Shown here: positions 55,501-63,665 of the stretch, one piece after another
Numbering within the stretch: position 1 is the stretch's first letter
Layout: each line of letters opens with the position of its first letter
Assembly (NCBI GenBank): GCA_046290225.1
Contig: JBKAGE010000038.1
Span: 265,491 to 329,490 of the forward strand
Length of the DNA: 64,000 nt
Source: Bradymonadia bacterium
Lineage (GTDB): Bacteria; Myxococcota_A; Bradymonadia; UBA7976; UBA1532
Direction: 5' to 3'
Position numbers and translations under genes: made by a program
The notes under the pieces: model-generated
What the model was told of the DNA's origin: nothing
What the model saw: only the letters and a program-made list of their open reading frames with translations
Database searches by the model: none

Positions 55501-57589
55501 GCAATGCCTCGAAGAAGCCAGAGAGCTGGCCCTCGGCCTGAACATTCAGGACGAGGCCCTCGAGGCCACCCGTCGCTTGGTGGCGATTCGACTCAAGGCT
55601 GGCCAGCCCCAAGAGGCCTTCGACGAAGCGGAGATGGCCCTCAAAGACGCTAAAGAGGCCAAGGCTGACGGTGAGATCGCACACCTGCTCCAGCTCAAGG
55701 GTGAAGCACAGCTCGCCCTCGGACACCCATGGAAGTCCACCGAGCTGCTGATGCAGGCCATCTCTCGCTTCACCCCGGGCAGCCTCGATGGCGCTCGGGC
55801 AGCCCTCGCCCTCTCCGAGAGCGCCCTGGCCTGCCAGGACGGGCTGGTGCTCACCCTGTTGCAGAAGGCGCGACAGACCGCCACCGAGGTGGGGGCCAGC
55901 GATCAGCTCATCCGCACCATCGACGAGCACATCCGTACCCACCGGCAAGCGAGAGCGAACGATCAGCAAGGGCATCAGATGCTCGAGATCGCGCGCTCGC
56001 TGAGTGAGAAGACCAGCCTCGAAGAGATGCTGCCCGCCCTCGCAGAGCGCGCCATGAAGCTCGTGGGCGCGCAGCAGGGCATGGTCATTCTCTATGAAGA
56101 AGACGGGGTGGTGATTTATCCGGATCCCGTCACCTACGCCGCCCACGGGCAACAGGTGAACTACAGCCGCAGCATCGCCGATCGGGTGCACACCTCCGGA
56201 CAAGCGCTGCTCAGCAACCAGATGCTCGACCAGCAGCAGGGCGGTGATGCCTCCAACAACAGCATCATCGCCAACAACATCCGGGCGGTGGTCTGTGTGC
56301 CCCTCGTGGCCCGTGGCGCCACCATCGGGGTGCTCTACGTCGACAGCCAGGAGCCCAACCTGGCCTGTGACGAGTACAAAGATCTACTCGAGATGCTCGC
56401 GCGACAGACGGCGGTGAACGTACGCAACGTCTGGTTGCTGGAAGAGGCCCGTCGCTCAGAAGAAGCGGTGAACAACTTCCTGGCCAACATCAACCACGAG
56501 CTGCGCACCCCACTCAACGGCATCCTCTCGGCCCTGACGCTGGCCCTGGACACCACCGATCTCCCCACCGAGGTGCGCTCGGCGCTGCAGACTGGGCTGG
56601 ACTGCACCGAGAACCTCACAGTGCAGATCCACAATGTGCTCGATCTCGCCCGGTTCCGCGGTGACGACGCCCGCCCGCTCAAGCCCATCCCCTTTGATCT
56701 GCACACGCTCCTGCCCTCGGTATTGAGGGTGGTCCGCGCAGACGCCGAGGCCAAGGGCATTACAGTCGACGCCTTCGTCGATCCGACGGTGCCCCGCGAG
56801 GTGGTCGCCGACAAAGACAGGCTGCGTCAGGTGCTGATGTACTTGTTGAGCAACGCCCTCAAGTTCACCCCCAGCGGCGGCTCGGTGAAGGTGCACCTCA
56901 CAGTGAACGCCCTGCTCGACGGCAAGGCCATGGTGCGGTTCGCCGTGCGCGACACCGGGGTGGGCATCACCCCCGAGGCCATGCCCAACCTGTTCAAGCC
57001 CTTCAGCCAGGCTGACGCCAGCAGCACTCGGGAGCACGGCGGCACGGGCCTCGGGCTCTACCTCGCCAAGCGCCAGGTGGAGCAGATGTCCGGGGAGATC
57101 GAGGTCACGAGCGTGCCCGGTGAAGGGAGCACCTTCTACTTCACCAGCCTCGTAGAAGCAGATGTCAAAGCCCCGGCCCCCGAAACCTTCGACCCTGTAG
57201 AGGAGTTGTCCTGCCTCGTGGTGGAGGACAACCCCGTGAACCGGAAGGTGGCGAGCCGGATTCTCAGCAAGATGGGTCACACCGTCGACACCGCCGATAA
57301 CGGTCAGCTCGGTGTCGAGGCCTTCAAGAGCAAGCATTACGACGTGATCTTGATGGATCTCCAAATGCCGGTGATGGACGGCTTCGCCGCCACTCGGGCC
57401 ATTCGGGCACTGCGGGGCGCCGGATCTCAGATCCCCATCATCGCCGTCACCGCCAATGTCACCCCCCACGATCGCGAGCAGTCCAAGCTCTCGGGCATGG
57501 ACGACTTCGTGTGCAAGCCGATCAAGAAGTCGCTCCTCGCCGAGGTCATCGCCCGCTGTGTCGCTCGAAAAGCCACCGCCAGCCTTTGA
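52580..57589 (+). CDS. Hybrid Ser/Thr kinase - degenerate AAA - TPR - GAF - His kinase - receiver protein
   Basis: VAIK, HADIKPDN, DFG, GTPAYAAPE; TPR-like helices; GAF-like VCVPL...IGVLYVD; HELRTPLNG; N/G boxes; ILMDLQMPVMDG. Start uncertain (52580 or 52610). Confidence 0.9.
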   Translation: MHAPHPTASHMQPALLSGRYRLGPKLGAGTGGVVYQGHDRLLDRAVAIKILPSTASNRDEFLVARSLDHPFVVATHDFGQVDAEHDFVVMDLVKGQPLDAWGQSQDITAKLKVALCGALALAHLHTRRLTHADIKPDNLLVEDTEQGPVARLIDFGMATDAQHGFKGTPAYAAPEIFQGGAPTSSSDVYAFGVSLYEMLSGINPFAAETIEETSERQRTLTPPLLEQIPAQLAQVIAKCMAKPIESRYADAEALLFALTDALPELTATVDASTLIRPEGLPLQEREDLVEKLGQTLDNISEGPFRISAPKGGGLSRVLDTIYSQARLLGRRVFWLSGRQAEHHLHHQLEQWLSDAPIEPAAIPSLSSEQLDALLARLSSEPTVILIDDLDAASTPELTFLSTLCGRMTPKQPLWLYYTTRPAGCRKQAQLNLPGHTHRLTALTPAGVHGALQSALGTIDPEQRFARLCHTATEGTPGALWALIRHQIQSGRIWWGEGRWRLDDRLLLMAPEALCPPDSADDAPPLDLTQLTAHGREALLSVAVLSSGPAKGTSLKRQVVDAMLSANHRKALKNLLKGGLLTTRGTTLKLTHGGHLEPLLAQLKTLKHRRLHRLAAIAYSEADPNSLTRWAYHTREAGYPEQAIPLMARAASEALRTGHPEQAAQHHRWLILNGADAVEHHERAGDCELLNGDHSRALDHYREALALGADAGRLSFKLAWALIDAGQYDESLVHGEQARVHGETSGEQETLFTAHIGLGWAKMMKGSYDEALAHAEQAEACLPTLLERTGWSQLSRYHRLQGTIAWHQGRSEDSIAFFKSGIELGLERGELEALAECYLGLGTGLMLQGNYEEAIEAQQEAILRNEALGRLRYSAKSLNSLGINQYLKGRLKDAEKSWARFRDMCTRTHDLPDLVIAHNNLGFLHKDRGALERAAAELERGRAIAEETGFQRGLAMVLGNLGEVRGAQGHLEQGRQCLEEARELALGLNIQDEALEATRRLVAIRLKAGQPQEAFDEAEMALKDAKEAKADGEIAHLLQLKGEAQLALGHPWKSTELLMQAISRFTPGSLDGARAALALSESALACQDGLVLTLLQKARQTATEVGASDQLIRTIDEHIRTHRQARANDQQGHQMLEIARSLSEKTSLEEMLPALAERAMKLVGAQQGMVILYEEDGVVIYPDPVTYAAHGQQVNYSRSIADRVHTSGQALLSNQMLDQQQGGDASNNSIIANNIRAVVCVPLVARGATIGVLYVDSQEPNLACDEYKDLLEMLARQTAVNVRNVWLLEEARRSEEAVNNFLANINHELRTPLNGILSALTLALDTTDLPTEVRSALQTGLDCTENLTVQIHNVLDLARFRGDDARPLKPIPFDLHTLLPSVLRVVRADAEAKGITVDAFVDPTVPREVVADKDRLRQVLMYLLSNALKFTPSGGSVKVHLTVNALLDGKAMVRFAVRDTGVGITPEAMPNLFKPFSQADASSTREHGGTGLGLYLAKRQVEQMSGEIEVTSVPGEGSTFYFTSLVEADVKAPAPETFDPVEELSCLVVEDNPVNRKVASRILSKMGHTVDTADNGQLGVEAFKSKHYDVILMDLQMPVMDGFAATRAIRALRGAGSQIPIIAVTANVTPHDREQSKLSGMDDFVCKPIKKSLLAEVIARCVARKATASL

Positions 57590-57674
57590 GTGGTGCGCCA
57601 GCGCATTGATTGCCAACGCAGGGCAAGCCGTTTAGGCTCCCCTCAACTCGAGCCACCCCGGACCCCCACACACC

Positions 57675-58280
57675 ATGTCCACGCGAGATCGCTTCGACAT
57701 CTCCCCGACCACGGCCTTCTGGATCGTCGTGAGCAGTCTCATGATTTGTGCGCTGTTCTTCACCATCTCGGTGGAGACCCGCCGGGGACAATGGAACGAG
57801 AAAGACCCTGAATTGATCGTCGAAGCCGGTGAGCAGGTCGAGGTGGTTCAGGTCATCGACGGCGACGAGGTCTCGGTGAAGCGCGGTGAAGATGTCTTCG
57901 TGGTCCGTTTGCTGGGCATCAAGTGCTTCAGCTCGAAGGTGAACGAGCCGGGCATCAGCCAGATCGGCGCCGCCTGCGAAGCCACCCTCAACCGCCTCGC
58001 AGCAGGCAAGACGGGCACGGTGGAGTTCGACGAGTTCAAGAAAGACAAAGCCAAGCGGGTGCTGGCGTACCTGAAGGTGGCCGAGACCGACATCGGGCAG
58101 CAGCTTGTGCTTGATGGCCTCGCTCTCACCTACACCCGCTACCCCTTCAGCCGCGAAGACAGCTACCTGTCAGCAGAAGAGACAGCCCGGACCCGGGCCC
58201 GAGGTTTGTGGGGTCAGCCCATCGCCACTGATCGGGCCAAGGCACTCAAGGCCGAATGGAAGTCGAGTCGTGAGCCATGA
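57675..58280 (+). CDS. Membrane-anchored thermonuclease (SNase)-fold protein with degenerate active site
   Basis: VIDGDEV, VRLLGI, RVLAY, LVLDGLA, AR...RGLWG; N-terminal TM. Confidence 0.8.
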   Translation: MSTRDRFDISPTTAFWIVVSSLMICALFFTISVETRRGQWNEKDPELIVEAGEQVEVVQVIDGDEVSVKRGEDVFVVRLLGIKCFSSKVNEPGISQIGAACEATLNRLAAGKTGTVEFDEFKKDKAKRVLAYLKVAETDIGQQLVLDGLALTYTRYPFSREDSYLSAEETARTRARGLWGQPIATDRAKALKAEWKSSREP

Positions 58281-59332
58281 TCAGACTGCTGGTTCATTTC
58301 TTCAGACGCATCCGCAAGAGCCACGGCACTCAGCTGTTCCGGCTGGGCATTCTGACGCTGGCCATCCTGGCGTTTTCCAGCTCTGGCTTCATGTATTTCG
58401 AGATCAACGATCGGCCCAACCTCACCTGGGGTGATTCGGTCTGGTGGGCCGTGGTGACCATGACCACCGTGGGCTATGGCGATCTCTTCCCTCAGACCAT
58501 AGGTGGCCGGTACCTCATCGGCTTCCCCACGATGCTCTTCGGCATCAGCATCCTCGGTTATCTGCTCAGCGTGGTGGCCTCGTACCTCATCGAGGCCCGA
58601 GCCAAGGAGTTGAAAGGCATGGGCGAGTCCCTCATGAAAGACCACATCCTCGTGGTCCACTACCCTGGCTTCAACCGCACCCGCTCGGTGATTCAAGAGC
58701 TGCGCAATGATCCCAAGACGAAGACGACCCCCATCGTCCTGGTCGACGATCAGCTGCAAGAGCTGCCCAACGCCCTGGCCCAAATGAAGGTCCGGTTCAT
58801 TCGTGGCAACCCCAGCAAGGCCGAGACCCTCGACCGCGCTGGATTCCGCCAAGCGACCCACGCCATCGTCCTCGCTCGAGATCCATCTGACTCTACCTCG
58901 GATCACCACGCCCTCGCCGTGGTGCTCACCCTCGAGAAGCTGCACGCCGAGATCATCAGCACCGCCGAGTGCGTCGACCCCGAGCACATCGAGCTCTTCG
59001 AGCGGGCGGGCTGCGACAATGTGGTGTGTCTTGCTCAGATGAGCACCAACATGATCGTGCAGGAAGCCCTGGATCCAGGAGTGCAGGGGGTGATTCGGGA
59101 GATCACCAGCAACATCTACGGGCAGCAGCTGTACGTGGTGCCCATCAAGCGGCTGCCGAGCTGGCGCTGGTCCGCTGTCACCGAGCACTTCATGTCACAG
59201 CCCACGATGCCAGTGGGCATTCAGCGCGGCGCCATGGTGTTGCTCAACCCGGCGCCGGACGCCGAGGTGCAGACCGATGATCGTCTGGTGTGTATTGGGC
59301 CGGAGCGTCCGGAGGCCCTGGAGATCGGGTGA
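58277..59332 (+). CDS. 2-TM potassium channel with RCK (TrkA-N/C) domain
   Basis: Selectivity filter TMTTVGYGD; two TMs; RCK domain. Confidence 0.93.
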   Translation: MIRLLVHFFRRIRKSHGTQLFRLGILTLAILAFSSSGFMYFEINDRPNLTWGDSVWWAVVTMTTVGYGDLFPQTIGGRYLIGFPTMLFGISILGYLLSVVASYLIEARAKELKGMGESLMKDHILVVHYPGFNRTRSVIQELRNDPKTKTTPIVLVDDQLQELPNALAQMKVRFIRGNPSKAETLDRAGFRQATHAIVLARDPSDSTSDHHALAVVLTLEKLHAEIISTAECVDPEHIELFERAGCDNVVCLAQMSTNMIVQEALDPGVQGVIREITSNIYGQQLYVVPIKRLPSWRWSAVTEHFMSQPTMPVGIQRGAMVLLNPAPDAEVQTDDRLVCIGPERPEALEIG

Positions 59333-59360
59333 GCGAAGAGTGCGTAGCGCGGTTGCCTGC

Positions 59361-59786
59361 TCACCCGTCTTTCGAGTTACCCCGGTTGAAAGGGTTGAGC
59401 ATACTCATGAAATCGGTGGGCTTCGGCGCCATTTGATGCATCAGCTCCAAATTCTTGGCCACCGCTTGCTGAGCCACAGTGAAAGAGCTCAGCGTCATCG
59501 AGACATAGTGCTCGAACAAACGACGCATAGAGTGATCTCGCAGCTGAATCAGGGTGCGTAGGAAGTCGACCGGCAGGCAGTCGAGCTTGTGTACGTGATC
59601 GTCGGTGAGCATCACCTGTACCAGCACTCGCCGTGTCAGATCGTCGCCTGAGCGGGCGTCGATCACCTGAACCTCCTGGCCCTCGAGGACCATGCGGGCC
59701 AGATCTTCCAGCGTGATGTACTTGCTCTCTCGGGTGTCGTAGAGGCGACGGTTGGGATACCGCTTGATCAGGGTGGGCTTGGACAC
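59361..59786 (-). CDS. phaR: PHA synthesis regulator with PhaR/AniA-type DNA-binding domain
   Basis: IKRYPNRRLYDT.ESKYITL...GDDLTRRVLVQ; GGAGG precedes GTG 59786. Confidence 0.85.
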   Translation of the reverse strand: MSKPTLIKRYPNRRLYDTRESKYITLEDLARMVLEGQEVQVIDARSGDDLTRRVLVQVMLTDDHVHKLDCLPVDFLRTLIQLRDHSMRRLFEHYVSMTLSSFTVAQQAVAKNLELMHQMAPKPTDFMSMLNPFNRGNSKDG

Positions 59787-59904
59787 AGGCGTTCCTCCGC
59801 ATGCCGAAGCGGCATGTGTGCAACTGCGAATTTGTGCAATTGCCACAACCCTACCTGATTTACAGGCTAACTGCCTATACTTCTCAAGATGTTCGGTGGG
59901 TTTT

Positions 59905-60825
59905 CTAGGATTGTGCCACTGCGAAAGCCATCTCGATGATGGCAGGGTTGACCACCTCGGGGCGTTCGAGTTGCACCATGTGGCCCACCTCGGCCACACG
60001 ATGCACCTTCGCATGGGGCAGCAGCTTCTCTGTTTCGGCGATGATGTCGTTGATGGTCAGCGAGCGGTGAAGAATCCGGTTGGGGATCAGGCGGTCGTCC
60101 TCAGGGATGATCAGCTCGATGGGCAAATCGTCTGAGATGCCTTCTCGGGCCAGACGACCCGCCACAGGCTCGTCGAGCATCGCCACCACCCCCCAGCACA
60201 CCGATTGAGCGTAGCGCCGGAAGTCTGGAGCCTCCCGAAACCGGATGCGCTCTCGCAGACGCGCTCTGGCAGCATCGTTGAACACCCCGAACAAGCGGTT
60301 GCGATAGTCGTTCTCCAACAGATCTGGTGTCATCGCAGCGTACATCTCGGGGGTGGACGCCATCTTCAACATGGCCGCCTCCCGACCAGTGAAGCGCTCG
60401 ATGCCCGCTGGGGCCAGCAACAGCGCGCCGGCCATGCGATCTGGCGCATCGAGGGCCATGAGCAATGCCATGTGACCGCCCATGGAGTGCCCCACCACCA
60501 ACGGCTTCACCCCTGCGCCCAAGGTGGCGTCACACACCGCGAGGGCTTGCTGCACCTGCCAGCTGAGCCTGAAAGGCCCATCGAGCTTGCTCGAGCGACC
60601 GAAGCCCGGCAGCTCTGGCGCAACCACCCTCAAACCGGCCTTCGCCAATGCAGGGATGGTCTCGGTCCAATAACCCAGGTGCTCACCGAGGCCATGGATC
60701 AACAAAACCGGAGGCCCGTCTTCAGGGCCATCGATGACGGTGGCGATCTCCGAAGCACCGATGGTCAGTCGACTCAGCGGACCTGGGACCGGGAGATCTT
60801 CGAAAGTGAACCCATTTACACTCAT
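59905..60825 (-). CDS. Alpha/beta hydrolase (possible PHA depolymerase or lipase)
   Basis: LIHGLG, LPGFGRS, GHSMGG, GHMVQLE. Confidence 0.85.
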   Translation of the reverse strand: MSVNGFTFEDLPVPGPLSRLTIGASEIATVIDGPEDGPPVLLIHGLGEHLGYWTETIPALAKAGLRVVAPELPGFGRSSKLDGPFRLSWQVQQALAVCDATLGAGVKPLVVGHSMGGHMALLMALDAPDRMAGALLLAPAGIERFTGREAAMLKMASTPEMYAAMTPDLLENDYRNRLFGVFNDAARARLRERIRFREAPDFRRYAQSVCWGVVAMLDEPVAGRLAREGISDDLPIELIIPEDDRLIPNRILHRSLTINDIIAETEKLLPHAKVHRVAEVGHMVQLERPEVVNPAIIEMAFAVAQS

Positions 60826-60878
60826 TACAGCTCACCTTGAAGAGGATGAAAACAGTTGACAACCACGCTGAGCCTTGG

Positions 60879-61013
60879 AAAAAAGAAGGGACCCGACACC
60901 CCGCACGGTGGGGAAAGAGATAGGGTGACGGGCCCCCAAAATCGATGTGCCCCGACCCCATTGTCGAGGCGTTTTCGATGCACGCTCACCGGATGTCGTG
61001 CGATCCGGTGGGC
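60879..61013 (-). ncRNA. Candidate structured RNA ending in an intrinsic terminator
   Basis: Three consecutive hairpins (60984-61013, 60941-60979, 60888-60935); the last has a CU-rich loop and a UUCUUUUUU tail on the minus strand. Confidence 0.45.
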
Positions 61014-61022
61014 TGCTCAGTG

Positions 61023-61098
61023 CTTCAACGGCACTGAGCTTCAACGGCACTGAGCTTCAATAACACTGGCCTTCAACGGCACCAGTCTTCAGCAGCGC
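61023..61098. repeat. 16-bp tandem repeat, about 4.7 copies (CTTCAACGGCACTGAG)
   Basis: Units start at 61023, 61039, 61055, 61071 and 61087; the first two are identical. Confidence 0.85.
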
Positions 61099-61105
61099 CT
61101 GCTGG

Positions 61106-62617
61106 CTAGACGTCACCATACAGGGATTTGACCTCTGCCTTGATCACCTTACCGCTGGTGTTCTTGGGCAGCGTGTCCGCCACTTTGAAGTACTTTGGCA
61201 CTTTAAAGCGGGCGAGATGCTCAGAGCAATGGCTCTTGAGTGTGCCTGGATCGAAGCCGCTGCCGGCCACGGGCACCACCACCGCGAGCCCCACCTCGCC
61301 CCAGCGGGCGTCGGGCACGCCGATGACCACCGCCTCGTCCACCTGCGGGTGCTCCAGGATCGCGTTCTCCACCTCGGCGGGATACACGTTTTCTCCGCCG
61401 CTGATGAACATGTCTTTCTGTCGACCTGCGATGTAGAAGAAGCCACCTTCGTCCACCCGGGCGAGATCACCGGTGTGGAACCAACCATCCTTGATGGCCT
61501 TGGCGGTGTTCTCAGGATCCTGCCAGTAGCCTGCACACACGATGGGCCCGCCGAGCAACAGCTCACCCACTTCGCCCACTGGGGCGTCGACTCGGGCGCC
61601 ACCGTGAATCACGGGCTGGCCCACGCTCCCCCGCTTCCGGCCCACCATCCATGGGGGCAGGGAGAAGCAGTTGGGGCCCACTTCGGTCATGCCGAAGCCC
61701 TGACGGAAGTTGAAGCCTCGATCGAGCCACGCGTCGAGCAGCACATCGGGGAGCGGCGCACCACCACAGAGCAGTGTGTGCATGCTCGACAGGTCATATC
61801 GGTCGAGTCCGCTCTCGAGGAGCATGTGATACATGGTGGGCACCCCCACCATGACCGTGGCCCGCTGAGCCTCACTGATCTGCAGGATCTGCTCGGGGTC
61901 GAAGGCATCGGAGAGCAGCATGGTGCCCCCACGATACAACGCCGGGGTGGCCAGGCAGTTGAGGCCGCCGGTGTGGAACAACGGCAGGCAGGCCACCACC
62001 CGATCATCAGGGCCCATGTCGGTGGCGTAGACGGTGTTGATGGCGTTGTAGAACAGCTGCTTGTGGGGCAGCATCACGCCCTTGGGACGACCGGTGGTGC
62101 CGCTGGTGTAGAGCAGCATGCCCACAGTTTCTTCGGGATGAGTCACCCTGGCCACGGTGTCGGAGGCCTCGGTGAGCAACCGCGCATAGGTCTGATGATC
62201 ACCCACGGCGTGGCCCAGGGCGATGCCCTTCATCTCGGGCATCGCTTCGAACAAAGCCCCCGCGGCCTCGGCGAAATGGTCGTCGTAGACGAGGACCTTG
62301 GGGGTGCAATGACCGAGGATGTCGCCCAGCTCGGGCACGGCGAGACGCCAGTTGAGGGGTGTGTACGCTGCCCCCCGTCGTAGACAGGCGACGAGCAGTT
62401 CGAATGACGAGGGCGCGTTCTTCGCCAGGATCGCCACTCGATCGCCCGCCTCTACGCCGAGGGCGCCGAGGGTGTGGGCCCACCGCCAGCTGCGGGCGGA
62501 GAGCTCGCCATAGTGCAGCGCCTGGCCGCTCCGGGTCTCTCGAATGGCCACGCGCCACGGGGCCACCTCGGCCCACTTCTGTACCCAGTCACCATACCCG
62601 GTGATCACCGCACCCAT
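61106..62617 (-). CDS. AMP-forming acyl-CoA ligase
   Basis: YTSGTTGRPKG, QGFGMTE, HTGDL, ISGGENVYPAEVE, LPKNTSGK. Confidence 0.93.
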   Translation of the reverse strand: MGAVITGYGDWVQKWAEVAPWRVAIRETRSGQALHYGELSARSWRWAHTLGALGVEAGDRVAILAKNAPSSFELLVACLRRGAAYTPLNWRLAVPELGDILGHCTPKVLVYDDHFAEAAGALFEAMPEMKGIALGHAVGDHQTYARLLTEASDTVARVTHPEETVGMLLYTSGTTGRPKGVMLPHKQLFYNAINTVYATDMGPDDRVVACLPLFHTGGLNCLATPALYRGGTMLLSDAFDPEQILQISEAQRATVMVGVPTMYHMLLESGLDRYDLSSMHTLLCGGAPLPDVLLDAWLDRGFNFRQGFGMTEVGPNCFSLPPWMVGRKRGSVGQPVIHGGARVDAPVGEVGELLLGGPIVCAGYWQDPENTAKAIKDGWFHTGDLARVDEGGFFYIAGRQKDMFISGGENVYPAEVENAILEHPQVDEAVVIGVPDARWGEVGLAVVVPVAGSGFDPGTLKSHCSEHLARFKVPKYFKVADTLPKNTSGKVIKAEVKSLYGDV

Positions 62618-62620
62618 ACC

Positions 62621-63661
62621 CTACGCGCTCCTCTCTGCGACCCAGGACTCGATGGGGGGCCAGAAGACCGTGGCCCCCTTCCCCGAAGTCGACAGGCCGA
62701 TGTGGCCGGTCTTGTACTTGATCAGCTGTGTGTCTTCACTGCCCACCAGATCCATGAGGGGCTCACCGCTCGACAACGGCACGATGTGATCGCGCTCGGC
62801 GAGGATGGCCAGCACAGGGCAGGTGATCCGACTGAGATCGACGGTCTCACCATCGATCTGCATCTCGCCTTTGACGAGCAGATTCTGCTGGTAGCAGTCA
62901 CGGATGTACTGGCGATAGAGCTCGCCTGGGAACGGCACATTATCCGCAGACCAGGTCTCCATGGCCCGCCAGGTATCCACGAAACCGTCCCGCTCGCGGT
63001 TCTGCCACAGATCACGCCACTTGGTGAGGTTGCCCAGAGGGTTGAGCATGCGAAAACCTGCCTCGAGCAGCCAGCTGGGGATATGACCATAGGCGTCGAC
63101 GAGAGCGTCGACATTGAACAGGTCGCTGCGGGTCCAGGTGTTGAGCAGGCCCTCACCTTCGAAGTCCACAGGGGTGGCCAGAGCCACGAGGCTGTTCACC
63201 CGCTCGGGGCGCAGGGCGGTGTACATCGCCCCCATGGTGCCCCCCATGCAGTAGCCGAAGAGCGACACTGACTCGACGCTGTCGCGCTGGCAGATGTGCT
63301 TCACGGCACCGCCGAGGTACGTGAGCAGGTAGTCGGCGAGGCCCTTCTTGGCCTCGGACACCCCAGGTACACCCCAGTCGATGACGTAGCAGGCATGCCC
63401 CTTCTGAGTGAAGTGCTCGATGAGGCTACGCCCCGGCATAAAGTCGAGGATGTAGTACTTGTTGATGAGGCTGTAGATGAAGAGCACAGGGGTCCGGTGC
63501 ACCTTCACCCCATCTTTGGGGGGGTAGTACAACAGCCGCGTGGGGCCGTGGGTGTGGATGACGTCGTGCGGCGATCGTCCTGTGGGCGTCTCGGGTCCTC
63601 GCAGCTCCGCAGGGACGATCCGAGTGGCGGCTTCTCGGACGGCCTCGGCGATCTTCAGCAC
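62621..63661 (-). CDS. phaC: Class III-type PHA synthase subunit
   Basis: TPVLFIYSLINKYYILD, IDWG, Cys lipase box GYCMGG, AERDHIVP (Asp), GHIG (His); 346 aa; AAGGAG precedes GTG 63661. Confidence 0.85.
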   Translation of the reverse strand: MLKIAEAVREAATRIVPAELRGPETPTGRSPHDVIHTHGPTRLLYYPPKDGVKVHRTPVLFIYSLINKYYILDFMPGRSLIEHFTQKGHACYVIDWGVPGVSEAKKGLADYLLTYLGGAVKHICQRDSVESVSLFGYCMGGTMGAMYTALRPERVNSLVALATPVDFEGEGLLNTWTRSDLFNVDALVDAYGHIPSWLLEAGFRMLNPLGNLTKWRDLWQNRERDGFVDTWRAMETWSADNVPFPGELYRQYIRDCYQQNLLVKGEMQIDGETVDLSRITCPVLAILAERDHIVPLSSGEPLMDLVGSEDTQLIKYKTGHIGLSTSGKGATVFWPPIESWVAERSA

Positions 63662-63665
63662 CGTC

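Noticed and set aside
61023..61098. Possible CRISPR array
   Set aside because: The 16-bp units are contiguous with no spacers, and the window has no cas genes.
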